Counted from the first letter of the whole stretch, positions 10,976 to 23,301 are shown. The stretch: DNA of 52,256 nt, filler included, from Trypethelium eluteriae (GCA_051942245.1; 2 parts of 2 records of this genome joined end to end with filler, not necessarily neighbours in it); one strand, 5' to 3'. Translations and numbers: made by a program. Notes: a model not told the origin generated them from the sequence alone.

Positions 10976-13933
10976 CTACCAGATCCTCTTCGCCACCATC
11001 GCATAACGGCTAACCTTGCCCAACTCCATCTCCCCCTTCGCAATCTGCTCCTTTGACTTCTTTTCTCTGTCCTTCGATGCCTTGAACGCAGCTGGTTCGT
11101 CCAGATAGATCCATCTCTTCTTTTCTTCATCAACTTCTGTGACGCCCCATCCCCCAAACCTCCTCCCTTGCGTTCCCACCACCATATCCTCCCGTTTCTT
11201 CATGTTCTTATAGCGGCCACGCGTGTACGCCAGTAGACACATACCAAGCACAAGCTTCAGGGCGAGGAGTACAAAGAAGGCCGCAAGGAAAAAGACGAGC
11301 ATGGTCGCAAGAGCAATGACATCGTCGAAAGACCACCAGTCAAATGCGGAGGCACCAGCATGACCGCCCCCAAAGGAGGAGCGGCCGAGGGCGCGACGGA
11401 AGATGTGGTCAATGTGTTGGATGGCCGCGGTCGTTGTGGGCGACTCTGGTGTGCCGGACTCTACAGAAAGCGATGTGGCGCTTGATGGGATTGGAGGTGG
11501 CATGTGGGTAGCAAGAAACATATGATATGTCTGGACTGACGCTCGGATGAAGAGGCATGCTAAGGGTAAGACGGGTAGACCAATGCGCTTTGTGAGGTTT
11601 TGATTGACGAACGCCTTGATGACTTAGCAGTAACTTTAAGTTGGGGAGTTTGGAGATAGCCTACATTTGAGTAATAGTCCTTTGCCAGTACATCCAGAAA
11701 GCGTCCATAGATGGCTGGTTTGGTACTGTTGAATTTGTTGATATATGCATGTTTGATCCAATCCACAAGCATTTCACTGCCGAGGACCAGTAAAAAAGGT
11801 GATAGGACCTGTCCTGACCATTGTGGTATGAGCGTGAAGCTATTCGGTAATATGCCTCCATACCGAAGGGATCCTCCTGTGGAGTTATTACTTGGCATTG
11901 TTGGAGAGCCTCCCACGTCAGCTGTGCCAAAATGTATGCTCAGCCCTCCCACCTCAACGATGTTGCGTAGAGCGATGATGGTCAGCATTAGCCAAAGCTG
12001 GAACCTTTCGACAACATCTGCGCATGTCATTTGAAACAAGTTTTCTTTTTCGATCTTCTTGAAGACAGTGCTCTTGATCTCGACAAATTGGTTAGACATG
12101 AGCAATGTTAACAAAGCATTAGAGTAAGAGTTGACGGCTACGTTAAGCGTAACAACTTGATAGAAGAGCGCCGTCGCATGCACACAATTGTAAACCAGAG
12201 CTAGAAGGAACATCCAAAATGGGCGGAAGAGCTTGCTTCGTCCGTCTGGTCCTCTTTCGAGGACGCTTTCCGAAAAGAGGCATTCTAAGACATCTTGACC
12301 CAGGGCACCGAAGAGACGATCAAAGACCTAGAACTTATCAATCAACCACGAGATAAGGAACAGCGGAAATACCACCAACCTCTAAAACATTGTAGATTAC
12401 GTAAAGCTTGATTGCAGCTTGGCCACGAATGCTATGATACATGCGGCTGGCATCAAAATAGTTGAGAAGAACACAGCTTGTGATCACCAGTAGACCTTTT
12501 AAGATATCTGCTTTGTGTTCGGGCAGTAGCGCGGAAGGCGCTGATTTTGTCCGTCGGTGACCTTTTACGAATCGTCGAATCTCCGCTGCGATATGGGTAC
12601 TCTCGCGTGATGAAGCCGTGCGCTGCTTGGAAGTGTTTGCATCAGATGCGGATACATAATCTTCGTCCTTTTCTGCGGCGTTCTGGGATGTCCTATCGCT
12701 AGCAACGGTATTGCTTCGTTGTTTGCGCCACATCCTGGCGAGTCCATGCTGGATATATTGGCCAATCTCGGTGGCTTCCTGTATCAAAGTTTGAAGCAAC
12801 CATTGAAATATAATTCCAAGGGCCTTCAGGAAACGCAAAGGGAGTATCGTGAAAGTATAGAGAAACGCATCTAAGCAAGACAGTGTCCCGAATACAAGGA
12901 CCCGCTCTAATTCCGGTGCAAGCAGAAGGAAATTTACGAGACGCTCAAATTTGACTCTTGAAGATTCATAAGGGGTATCGTGTGTTGAGGAACGATAAAT
13001 GTACAGAGGTGAAGGACGTTCAGAAGATAATTCTAGTTGAAGATATGCAGGAATCGAAAGTGGTGGGAGTGGTAAGGAAGCGGGAATTGGAGATACGCCT
13101 TGATCTGATAGAGGAGATGGTCTATGGCTTGCCACTCCGTTGGGATTCAAGTGCCTCTCATTTTCGAGCCTTAAAGGCGCCGGAGGAGCTCGTTCTGTTT
13201 TGGACTGATCACCCCCAGATGCTTGTTGTTTCGATGACGACTGTCTACGTCGCAGGTGCGGAGTCGAAGTTGCTCTGGAACTCATGCCAGGTCGTGGAAG
13301 CGGAGACGCTCCAGGCGTTAGCTTGACGCTGGCAAGATTTGGAGCTTCGCGAACATTCGCGGGCCGTGTAACATCCTTCGGGCTTGCTTGTGTCCCCAGA
13401 GGCGTCGAGCGAGATATTGGTGTGCTGGTTACGCGAGTTTTCGGGTAAGAAATTCCTTCGGCTGCTCTGGACAGCGGGTCCAGGTCATGTGGCTCTTCCT
13501 CAATGACAGGAGAACTCCGAAGCGGCAACGACTGTGGCGAAGACATGAGTTCTTGCATCCGGGCTGGGCTGAGCTTCAAGACTTTGTCTCCATCAGTACT
13601 TCCTTGGATAGGCGATCCAAGCTTGCTGATGGTACGTTTCCTCCTGGCTCCGAGGCTATCGTCGTCTGCTTCATGTGTCGGTGTCGCGATCACTGTATCA
13701 ACCGTGGGCAAATGATGTATTGCATCCTTTCTACTGAACTGTGGGGTCCTCGAAGCATCCGTATATTCAACCTCTCGTGAGAGGTTGTCTCTCCGCTCCG
13801 AGCCTGGCTCACTAGCATCGCTGTCCTCATGTTTCAGGACGGGAGACAAAGAAGGGGTCGGTAATTGGTTGTCTGAAGTAGAGGCCTCATACCTCTCTTC
13901 ATTTGCGTCATCATCTCCGAGCGTTCCGCGCAT
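10976..13933 (-). CDS. EMP65: TAPT1/Emp65 (DUF747) ER membrane protein, 3 exons
   Basis: Motifs CLDAFLYTFTILPLR, YHSIRGQAAIKLYVIYNVLE, SNQFVEIKSTVFKK, DVVERFQL, VDWIKHAYI. Introns 12328-12379 and 11615-11664. Confidence 0.88.
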
Positions 13934-14194
13934 CTTCCACGGCTGTCTGAATTAGCCAGACACTCATTTCTTATTAATTAGTAAAGCTTGTGTTGCATGA
14001 GATGAGCTAACCCAACCATCTGTCGACGTCGGAGGTTTTGCTGCTCCGGCGGGATACGTACTACTGTGGTACTCTGGACAGGCACCGAGATTTACCCGCA
14101 ACCGAGCACACTGGTCGGGCACGCGAACAAATCCCACCTCCAAGACCAAGTACTCGCACATCTTTCCAGACGACATTATCACACACGCCTCAAA

Positions 14195-15527
14195 ATGTCG
14201 CACCGAAAATTCGAGGCTCCCCGCCATGGGTCACTGGCATATCTCCCTCGCAAGAGAGCTTCCAGGCACCGAGGAAAGGTCAAGAGGTACTTTTCACATG
14301 AATTCTCACCTCAATATTGATGCTGATCTATGTAAAGCTTTCCCAAGGATGACCCCAAGAAGCCCGTCCACCTCACTGCTGCGATGGGATATAAAGCTGG
14401 AATGACTACCATCGTCCGTGATCTGGATCGTCCCGGCGCGAAGCTCCACAAGAAGGAAATTGTCGAGGCTGTCACCGTCATTGAGACCCCGCCAGTAAGA
14501 GCATACATAATTTGAACCCCCATGGGAATTGGCTAATTGGATTCATCAGATGATTGCTGTCGGTGTCGTTGGTTATATCGAGACTCCCCGCGGCCTTCGC
14601 TCCCTTACTACCGTATGGGGCGAGCACCTCAGTGACGAAGTTAAGCGCCGATTCTACAAGAACTGGTACAAGAGCAAGCGCAAAGCCTTTACCAAGTACG
14701 CCAAGAAGCATGCTGAGAATGGCGGCCAACCCATCACTCGCGAGCTCGAGCGGATCAAGAAGTACTGCACCGTTGTTCGCATACTCGCACATACTCAAAT
14801 CTCCAAGACACCGCTCAAGCAGAAGAAGGCACACCTAATGGAGATCCAAGTCAACGGCGGTAGTGTTAGCGACAAGGTCGAATTTGCTCACGGGCTGTTT
14901 GAGAAGCCAATTGAGATCAGCAGCATCTTTGAGCAAGACGAGATGATTGACTGCATTGCGGTTACGAAGGGTCACGGTTTCCAGGGCGTAACGAGCAGAT
15001 GGGGTACGAAGAAGCTTCCCAGGAAGACGCACAAGGGTCTGAGGAAAGTCGCCTGTATTGGTGCGTGGCATCCATCGCACGTGCAGTGGACCGTTGCAAG
15101 AGCTGGTCAGATGGGTTACCATCACCGAACTTCCGTCAACCACAAAGTCTACCGTGTTGGCAAGGGCGACGACGAGGGCAATGCTTCCACTGAGCTTGAT
15201 GTCACCAAGAAGCAGATCACACCGTATGTCCACCACTTGTGTAAAGCTTCTGCATACTAACACCATCACAGAATGGGCGGTTTCGTCCGCTACGGCGAGG
15301 TCAACAACGACTTCATCTTACTCAAGGGTGCTGTTCCTGGCGTTAAGAAGCGTGTCATGACTCTCCGCAAATCCATGTTCATTCATACGAGTCGACGTGC
15401 GCTCGAAAAAGTTGACCTCAAATGGATCGACACATCGTCCAAATTTGGTCACGGCGCCTACCAAACGCCAGCCGAGAAGAAGCAGATCGTGGGCACTCTC
15501 AAGAAGGACTTGGCCGTTGCCTCGTAG
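14195..15527 (+). CDS. RPL3: 60S ribosomal protein L3 (uL3), 4 exons
   Basis: [46 protein letters not shown]. Introns 14287-14337, 14495-14549 and 15224-15271. Confidence 0.98.
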
Positions 15528-15753
15528 GATTATGTCAGAGCAGGAGACCTTATTTGCTAGCTGGCGTTGGGCCGTGTCTCACATATAGCGAGAGGTAGTG
15601 ATGAGATTTCACTCTGCAATGCATCAAATGCAGATATATTTTCCAAACTATTTTCAAGTCAATATAGGCCCTCTGTTATATTATGCTGCAACGCCAATGT
15701 CTCCTGTTTTCCCAAGCCTAGCTATCACCTAGCATTTACGGCTTCCACCGGTT

Positions 15754-16221
15754 TCACGATTCAATCGCCACAGTTTTGACGCCGACCACTCTGTCCTTCT
15801 TCCCCTCCATGCTGACGACATAATATTCTGCCCTCGGTCCTCCATGCGCTACCCGGAATACCGCCACCTTCCCATCTCCGGCAGCCTTTACTTTCTCAAG
15901 CACATCGTTGTACTGCCCTCTGGGGTCAAAGTCGCTCTCTTCTACCGGCTCCACCACTCCTTTGTGTCCGATGAGCTCAGCCAATTGTTCTGAATTAGGA
16001 AGAGACTTTTGAGGACCCCATAGGAGGGATACCGGCTCGAAGGGAGAATCGGTATCAGATACGTAGGTTTGGGGTAGACCGTAAAGAGAAGCGGGAACTG
16101 AGGCGGTGATGCTGTTGGTAGTGTATCTGCGGCGATTCTCGGTCGGCGAATCTGTGGGTGTACAGTTGGCGTCGGCATTGGCCTTTTCGAGGAAGGAGAT
16201 ATAGGAGGTGTCGTCAGACAT
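15754..16221 (-). CDS. Conserved fungal hypothetical protein (~155 aa)
   Basis: MSDDxSYxSFLEKAN..YVSDTDSPFEPV..FDPRGQY..VFRV..RAEYYVV..VGVK..AIES looks like a conserved small Pezizomycotina protein; the ORF is intronless and open. Confidence 0.7.
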   Translation of the reverse strand: MSDDTSYISFLEKANADANCTPTDSPTENRRRYTTNSITASVPASLYGLPQTYVSDTDSPFEPVSLLWGPQKSLPNSEQLAELIGHKGVVEPVEESDFDPRGQYNDVLEKVKAAGDGKVAVFRVAHGGPRAEYYVVSMEGKKDRVVGVKTVAIES

Positions 16222-16775
16222 CGCACGTAGAGGTTTGGAGGACAAGCTGTGTATGGAGAGAGGCTTGAAGATTGGAAAGTAAACCGGGTTGGCAACTAGA
16301 TAGCTTCTTCGACGATAAAGTTGAGTACTGTACAGACTAGAAGCTGAAGGGCACAATTCAAGACAGAATCTTCTGAGTGCGCGTGGGATCTCTGAAAGTC
16401 CTGTTGCCGAATAAATGGAGTCTCATGAAGCGTTAAAGTGGGATTGTTGACGAGAAGCCTGGAAATTACGCCGATGACGTCCCTGGACCCTGGTTTACCT
16501 CGCGTCTTCTGGGCCATGCTCGCGAGCAGTCGGGTCGCTCCAAACGTGCCCATCGAGTACCCATTGGAACCGGATCAAGCGCATTCCACTTGTCGTAATT
16601 AGTCTAACATCTGTGTGCATAGAATCGCCGTTCTCCTTCATCTCATTTCTAAAATTTTGGCGACTACAACAATCTCGTTCACTGCATTGTCTTGTTTGAG
16701 GCAATTTCGGACCCACCGGGCCCGAGAACATAGTTCGGAACCATCTTACGCCCCCGCCCCTCCTTCCTCTTGGCG

Positions 16776-17204
16776 ATGTCAGTAGGCGAAGTGGATAAGA
16801 GCTTATATCTGCGGCAACAAATCCTGGGTAGGTAAAGGCTTGATCACTTTCGCCGAGAGTTGACAGCTGATAGCTACCCAGCCCAGGCGCCAGTGGTCTT
16901 TACGAAAGAGCAAAAGTTCGACCTGCTTGTGTGCCATGACCCGTCGGAAGGCGCCTACTATGCCACACTGGTCGGTTTGAAGCGTGACCGATTCGAAGGC
17001 ACGGACGCTTCTTTACGCATATTGATCCGCGGACAGTATACACGACTTGGTCGGGTGCAAGCTATGGAACTTCTACTAGGCATACTCCTAACAGAGACAC
17101 ATATCAGGATTCAAAAGGAGATGCAGCGTATGGGTGCGGAGATATCGGACTATCAAGAAGCCTCAGAAAGAGCTTACGTTGCGCCACGATCTTTCCCGGC
17201 GTAG
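16776..17204 (+). CDS. Hypothetical small protein, possible short intron ~16832-16873
   Basis: 114-aa ORF with protein-like composition. An upstream ATG at 16776 joins in frame through GTAAAG...CTGATAG (42 nt). Confidence 0.35.
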
Positions 17205-18156
17205 GTAAGGCTTCGCATAGCTCTCATGATAAACAAGGCGTCCACCAGTTGTGTTCGAAGAAGAAGGTCTTCCCCGCAATTCACTTGATACTACAGAGCA
17301 ATACAGGCTCTCAGGAGGTTCAATAAGACGCGCCATGGAAATACTTCAGGGTCGTTTCTGAGACACGCATAGCCGACAGGATCCTAAGCCTCCTTTTGCA
17401 TCCAATTGACCTCTTTGGAACAACAGACATTAGCTGAATTTAGAAGCTGTGATTGATCTCGTGAGCAGGGGTTTGACTTGTGACCCAAGTCTCTCATGTT
17501 GAAGAGTGCCTGGCAATCAACAAATGACTGTTACGATCTCCATGCGCGATTCATAATCCTCGTTGACCGCTGTCTCACTAAGGTCACTAAGTGAGTGGCA
17601 GATATAGGTCGGCTGTTAGAAAACATTGATGCCACGATAAATTACGCAGCCAATAGACAGATAAAAGATGAGCTGGCCCAAAAGCTCGGACATTTAATTC
17701 GATCCCAGTCTTAAGAGGATAGTGGGTTCGGCGCCCCCCGCTTGATGATCGCTCCTGTGAAATAGAGTAGGCGTTCAGTGCCGCAGTTTGACGACACCAG
17801 CATCCGACAACTCTCGGCATGGGCTCTTTCCACTGAATGGGAAGGTGACATCCTCCAGTCTAACAATGCGTTCAATAACTCGGCTTCTGGCGACTACTTA
17901 AGAGGCATTTCAAGAGTCGGTGCGATGGCTATAGGGTGATTCATCTGAAACGAGTTGATTGCGCGCTGCGTCACCGTTTATGCCAGAAACGTAAGCTCCT
18001 CGCGTTGACCAGCATGGCCTCGTCATACATACATGGCCATATATTTCATAGAAAATTCCCCGTGGAAGTGTAAGTTCAAGACTTTATTACTCGTGCAATT
18101 TAGGCAGAGGTCCTCATCTATATCTTCACTTCCAGTTTTTCTTGCATTCTCATATC

Positions 18157-18954
18157 ATGGGGAGAGCGTACGATCCAGACCAGGAAGCTCTACTAAAGAA
18201 CATCGATGCCGAGTCAGATTTCAGCGACGACGCTTCCACTGTCGCCTACCTAAAGAGGGTTTCCACGCCGTCTCCTCCCCTCTTCTTCTCTATTGTCATC
18301 AACATTGTCTCGCTACTCTTCATAATCTTCCTCTTCTACCGGATACCTCAGATCTCGGAGGAAATATCTCCCTTTCCCCAGCTTGTGTACTCACCAGCAC
18401 AAGATATCTTGGCTTACAAGGTTGTGACATTCAGCAATGCCATGCAGGATGACCGCAGCAAGTACCAAGGTCTTCCCACGGACGAAGTCGACGAAGCCTG
18501 GGAAGGCCTCTACTCCAAGGAGATAATCACCAAAATCGAAGAAGAGCAAGCCAAGAAACTTCCAGACACCACGCTTGGGTTGCATGACGAACCTGGTCAA
18601 TATGTAGTAGGACTTGAAGTCTTCCACCAGTTACAATGTCTTGATCGGATCCGCAAGGCTTTTTATCCGGGGCGCTACTCCGCGCATTCCAACACGACGA
18701 ACGAGGAGCGAGCATTTGAGGAGGAAGACCTTTCGCAATGCTTCGAATCTATCCGACAAACGCTTATGTGTAACGCTGATGTTAGTACTATGCATTGGGA
18801 ATGGGACGAAGAGCAACAGCGCGCAAAGCCAAAACCTACAAATGTCCATACTTGCAGAGACTTTGAGGCTATTCAACAGTGGGCATTGAATCATCAAATC
18901 AGTGGGGAGTTTGACATGCATATCAAGCCGACTTGGCCAGGCAGCAACGCTTGA
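18157..18954 (+). CDS. DUF3328/UstYa-family protein with altered HxxHC motifs
   Basis: Single N-terminal TM helix, YSPA, YQGxPxxEVDEAW, GLEVFHQLQCLDRIRK, DLSQCFESIRQTLMCNAD, HTCRDFEAIQQWA. Intronless. Confidence 0.88.
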   Translation: MGRAYDPDQEALLKNIDAESDFSDDASTVAYLKRVSTPSPPLFFSIVINIVSLLFIIFLFYRIPQISEEISPFPQLVYSPAQDILAYKVVTFSNAMQDDRSKYQGLPTDEVDEAWEGLYSKEIITKIEEEQAKKLPDTTLGLHDEPGQYVVGLEVFHQLQCLDRIRKAFYPGRYSAHSNTTNEERAFEEEDLSQCFESIRQTLMCNADVSTMHWEWDEEQQRAKPKPTNVHTCRDFEAIQQWALNHQISGEFDMHIKPTWPGSNA

Positions 18955-18992
18955 GCAATGCTGTGTAACAACTGATCCCACGCGAAGGTGGG

Positions 18993-19739
18993 GTGCAGAA
19001 GAGGAGCGAAATCGTGACAGACTCTCCCTTTCCTCACTCTATCTCGCCACGATTCCACAAGTTTACGAGAATGCATGGGAATGCCGCTCTCCGAACATTG
19101 ACTTGCCATCTTGCATGGACAGCATTATCCCACCCGTTCCTGCATCGACTCTCATCCCCCAAATGGATCGCCAGTGTTCCAGAGCTGCACTGGAGAATAA
19201 ACAGCAAGTGGCGCAAACAAATCTCTCACCCAAATTCTACAAAATGTCGTTCGGTGGGCTCAGAGGAACTTTCTATTGATCGTTCGCAGCTCCGGAGCTC
19301 GGATCAGCACACCAGACACGACCCCAAGACTCAGCGCTCGACATCCCTTCCGCCACATTTGATAGGGACTGGTAACCGCATCCTCACCAAACCCTCTTCT
19401 CTCCTTTCTACTCTTCGGAGATATCGAGAGATAGACCATGAAATTCGCCGTGGCAAAGGCAACATTGCGAAACACGAGATTGTGAATATACTCCAGACTC
19501 GGCTTCTAGCGCTCAAGCAAATCGATGAAGTCTTTCAACATATTTCGCTGGATTCGATTCCCAGGAAGTTTAAAATTGCGAGGCTGCGCAAAGAAGCTGC
19601 GGATATGAGACAAGAGACACAGGCGTTGCTGGTACAAGTGGAAAATGGACAAGTGCTGGGAAGACGGAAGACTTCCTTTCTCTCTAAGGAGGGAGTTCTT
19701 AGTTTTCTAATCAATATTTGCTTCACCTTGTTTGGGTAG
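18993..19739 (+). CDS. Hypothetical protein with helical C-terminal region and hydrophobic tail
   Basis: 248-codon ORF whose C-terminal half is amphipathic-helical and ends GVLSFLINICFTLFG. True start uncertain. Confidence 0.3.
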   Translation: MQKRSEIVTDSPFPHSISPRFHKFTRMHGNAALRTLTCHLAWTALSHPFLHRLSSPKWIASVPELHWRINSKWRKQISHPNSTKCRSVGSEELSIDRSQLRSSDQHTRHDPKTQRSTSLPPHLIGTGNRILTKPSSLLSTLRRYREIDHEIRRGKGNIAKHEIVNILQTRLLALKQIDEVFQHISLDSIPRKFKIARLRKEAADMRQETQALLVQVENGQVLGRRKTSFLSKEGVLSFLINICFTLFG

Positions 19740-20165
19740 TGGTAGCCGCTCAAGATTTCAGCAACGGTATCTCAGCACTTGAAGTGTTGTTTAGAGTACT
19801 TTTCGGCTAGCTCGCCCTTCGCTACCCAAAGCTATTGAAAACAATAACTTACTACACATGTGTTAATTTGCATCACAAGAATTGCGGAGACTTAGGCTAG
19901 CGTGGCTGGTCATTCTGTGAAGTCTCCAAACGGATAGCTTGGCTCGCAGCATTTGACAAGTCATATTCCTTATGTTCTTCTCCCGCTTCTGAAGGGAGGC
20001 AGTTTTTGCGTATCATTTCAGCTGAACTTCGCGCCAAGTGAACCTAAGATTTTGATCAGGATTACATATCCCACTGGTATGACTAAAGTATGTTCTCCGA
20101 GAGCGAAAGTCTTCTGGACCTTCTCACGGCCTCAGTTTCGATCTTCTCTGCTCAAAATCCATCCT

Positions 20166-20290
20166 ATCGTCCTCCCGATCGGATCCACTACAAAGCGCCA
20201 GCTTGCCACTCTCGCTCATTCTTTCAATCTGTTCATTGTTTTGTACCTATTGAAGCTCTTGGGAAAGGGTTTAAATCATTGATGTTTCAA
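20166..20290 (+). repeat. Degenerate direct repeat, copy A (matches 25610-25739)
   Basis: Manual alignment: 32/38 identity for 20166-20203 vs 25610-25647, and 30/34 for 20257-20290 vs 25706-25739, with similar spacing between blocks. Confidence 0.8.
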
Positions 20291-20373
20291 TTCAACAATA
20301 GGCATTTAATCATCAAATCGGTGAGGGATTCGACATGCATGTCAAACCGGCGTGGCCAGGTAGTAACGCTTGA
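20290..20373 (+). pseudogene. 3' relic of a second DUF3328 copy
   Basis: Translates IQQ*AFNHQIGEGFDMHVKPAWPGSNA*, versus IQQWALNHQISGEFDMHIKPTWPGSNA* at 18871-18954; 70/84 nt identical by manual count. Confidence 0.9.
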
Positions 20374-23301
20374 ACAATACTATGTACCAGGTAGACTCAC
20401 AGGTGCCGATTAGGTACACCCATGTCCTTTTCCACTTTCAGACCTGAGCAATCAGTAAGCAAACCTAAGCGGTGGTGGTGTAAATCTATACGCCACACCT
20501 GAGCCAATGCTGAGACCTACGCCTGAGCGGATCCAAGCCTGCTCGAGCTATGTCTGATTAACGCCTATACAACATGAATGAATCCGCTGGACTCATGTAC
20601 CTGTGCGCAGCCGGCCTCTGTATTGTTGAGCCAATCATATTCAGACATCAAAGCCATCATTACAGCTGAAAGTGATTCAAGCATATATGTAGTTCATCAG
20701 CTCACTCGCCGCGGCTGGGAATATGTCGTGTTCGTGGAGCTAATCCCAGAATACCGGTCTATTTCCTTGATGAGCTCCTTGCAATTCGGCTTGGGCTCTT
20801 GACCGAGGAGACACGGTTATGCCTCAGTGCTCTCGGTAGGAATAAGAAAAATGATCGGATTCTTTCCTTGATCTACGTTCCTGTGAAAGTCAATGTCTTA
20901 TTGCAGAACATAGCTGTCCACATCAGCTCTGTTCTGACCACTCTTAGGCAAGTAGGGGACCGTCCTCTCGAGCCGGAAGTCCAAGCTTATCCCCGTAGAT
21001 GCTTGAATATAGCGTTTCTTGGCTAGGCTTGTCTACTCAATCTGTTTGCGAAGTTCTCTGCAGGTTCCCTGCAACAGGTCGTGCCTCAAATTCACTGTCC
21101 GCAAGATTCCCTTGCCCCTTCGGTATGGCTGTGTCGAGCGAGTACATAGCTTTTCTAGGAATATGGACCATGAGTCAGGCCAGCTCTGCTCCATATTGTG
21201 AGGCAGGTAATGGTCAATGCTAAGAGTCATGAGGGTATCACAACAGACTTCGTCTCCAAGGGTAGTACGGGAGCAACTAGTGCTATGGAATAGAACTCAC
21301 CGAGTCACTGTAGACCACAGTACAGCCATTGGCCATTCCAAAGCTACCTCAGAAACTTCAGAAGCTTTTGATGGATCGAGTTTTGTTTGGTCGTGCCTTT
21401 CGAACCAAGAAGCTGTCACAGAAGTTTTTGGCCGGGCTTTGCAGCGGGACGTGGGAGGCAAGCCGTTTTTTGAAAGCTCTACCATCACTTCGGAGGCTAC
21501 AGATACCTCCAGAGTACGGTAAAGATGTGCCGAATGGTCGAAGCGGCCGGGGCAGACTTCATTGCTATGCCGGGTACGGTAAGTCTTCTATCCCTAGATA
21601 GCAGCAGTAACAGCTAAATTTTTTTTTTTTTTTTTTTTTCCGCGCAGTCTCTGGAGAGCCCGCAACAGCGCAAAAAGGCATTCTTACGTGTGTACCTTGC
21701 GGGAAAAAGGAGGCTTGAAATCGCATCCGACCATTCTTGATCGGAGTGTCAGTAGCATTTCTTTCCCGAGTCGTGGAAATCGCAATAAGGCTAACCCTGC
21801 TAGTGTCGCTCGAGTAATCGTCGATTTGAGTGGAGAACAGCCAGGCAAGGCATCACCCCAAAGTTGATCGGGAATACTGTCATATTGAATACCATGGAAA
21901 TGATTGCTGAGAGACATTTGTTCGCAAGGGAGACAGGCGCGGGAGTTGAAAATCTACAGAAATTGATTGATACCACATTCTTTGGGGGTCCATCTATCGT
22001 ATGACAGTGGTGAATAGTTAAGGAAAAGGTCGGTCTACCGAATATTATTTTGGGCACAGTTGCTTATTGTACCTCAGCCTACGGTCAATGCTGGCCCTGC
22101 CACAGAGCTCGCAGCGTGCAGGATCGCATTGGAGCGACTGAAGATACTCTATATCTGGAATTTAAGGTGCCTTGAGGCTTGGAAGCGGTGTAATATATAC
22201 CTAGGTACCTTAGTGATTCGGTGCCATGGTAGACTTCATATCTAGCGTCAGTGATATTCTCCTCGTAGAATTGTAATACTACGATCCCGAATAATGTCGA
22301 ATAACTACATGGGTACGGATTGTAAGTTGGCTTCGTCCAGTTTGCCATGCGAGTTCTCCGAGCAACGGACTGATGCTTGACCGCAGCCAGCGACTCTCTA
22401 TCTTCAAGTGTTTGTGCCGGACATGGAGTCATGCGACCTCGACCTTAGGAACATTGTCTGATGTAGAACGTCTTGGTAGGCATCTGGGGGGCCATCTTAC
22501 CACGGCCAATGTGGGATACGGTATGGTATGTTGCTGTCTCGTCGCCTTTAACCAATATTCGTAAGAAGTACAGGTGTAACAGCCACAACCTTGGCTTCAC
22601 TCTCGTCGACTGTTTTCAGAGTTTCAGCTGTCGAACGTGCCGCAAACGGCGTGCAGCCCCGCAGAAGATCGATGCAAGTTGCTCCGCACTCGGCTATAGC
22701 TGCATGGTTGTTTGTGTCGGAAAGCACGACCGACGGGATGCCGCTATGTATCCAATAACACACATGCACCAATACGTCATGAAACTTGCGCCGGTCCCTC
22801 ATCCGATAGAGCTCCTAAGATCGGGTCGTCTGACGCTGCATTGCGGAAGGCTGCGGGCCGTCCGCAAAGCATTGGGTACTAGAGACTAGAGTAGGGTGGT
22901 AGCACTGTAGGTAAGTAGAGCAAGGTAGGAAATCGAAAAAATTCCTACGGCCGTAAGCGCGAGCCCTGCTAAGGCAGATCGGGTATCGGGTAAAATAAAT
23001 TGGACTACCCTGCCACCATGCGACGCAAAGAACTTCAGTTCGCTTGCAGCCATTCCAAACATTTCTCTCCTTTGACTCTGAGCTGTCTCGTCGCTCCTCG
23101 TTAACAAGCTCCCTGTGCCTTTGTCTGGTGCTGTAAATATATCACGACTTCCTGCAGCTTCGCGCATTCTTTATGTCGCCACCTATTCAAACGAAAATGT
23201 CTCAGAACAAAGTTCCGCGCCTCAGAATACGGCAAGCAAAGACGAGAATTAAATAACACTAGACACCGTCTACTTAAAGTCTGGCGCGGCGCTTTGCTAC
23301 A

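Noticed and set aside
20440..20560. Scattered CCTGAGC/CCTAAGC motifs resembling an array
   Set aside because: Irregular spacing and a very short unit; not a CRISPR or true tandem repeat, and the context is eukaryotic.
22060..23170. Cluster of short ORFs on both strands upstream of the nuclease-like gene (possible antidote partner)
   Set aside because: None has recognisable features or a coherent exon structure.
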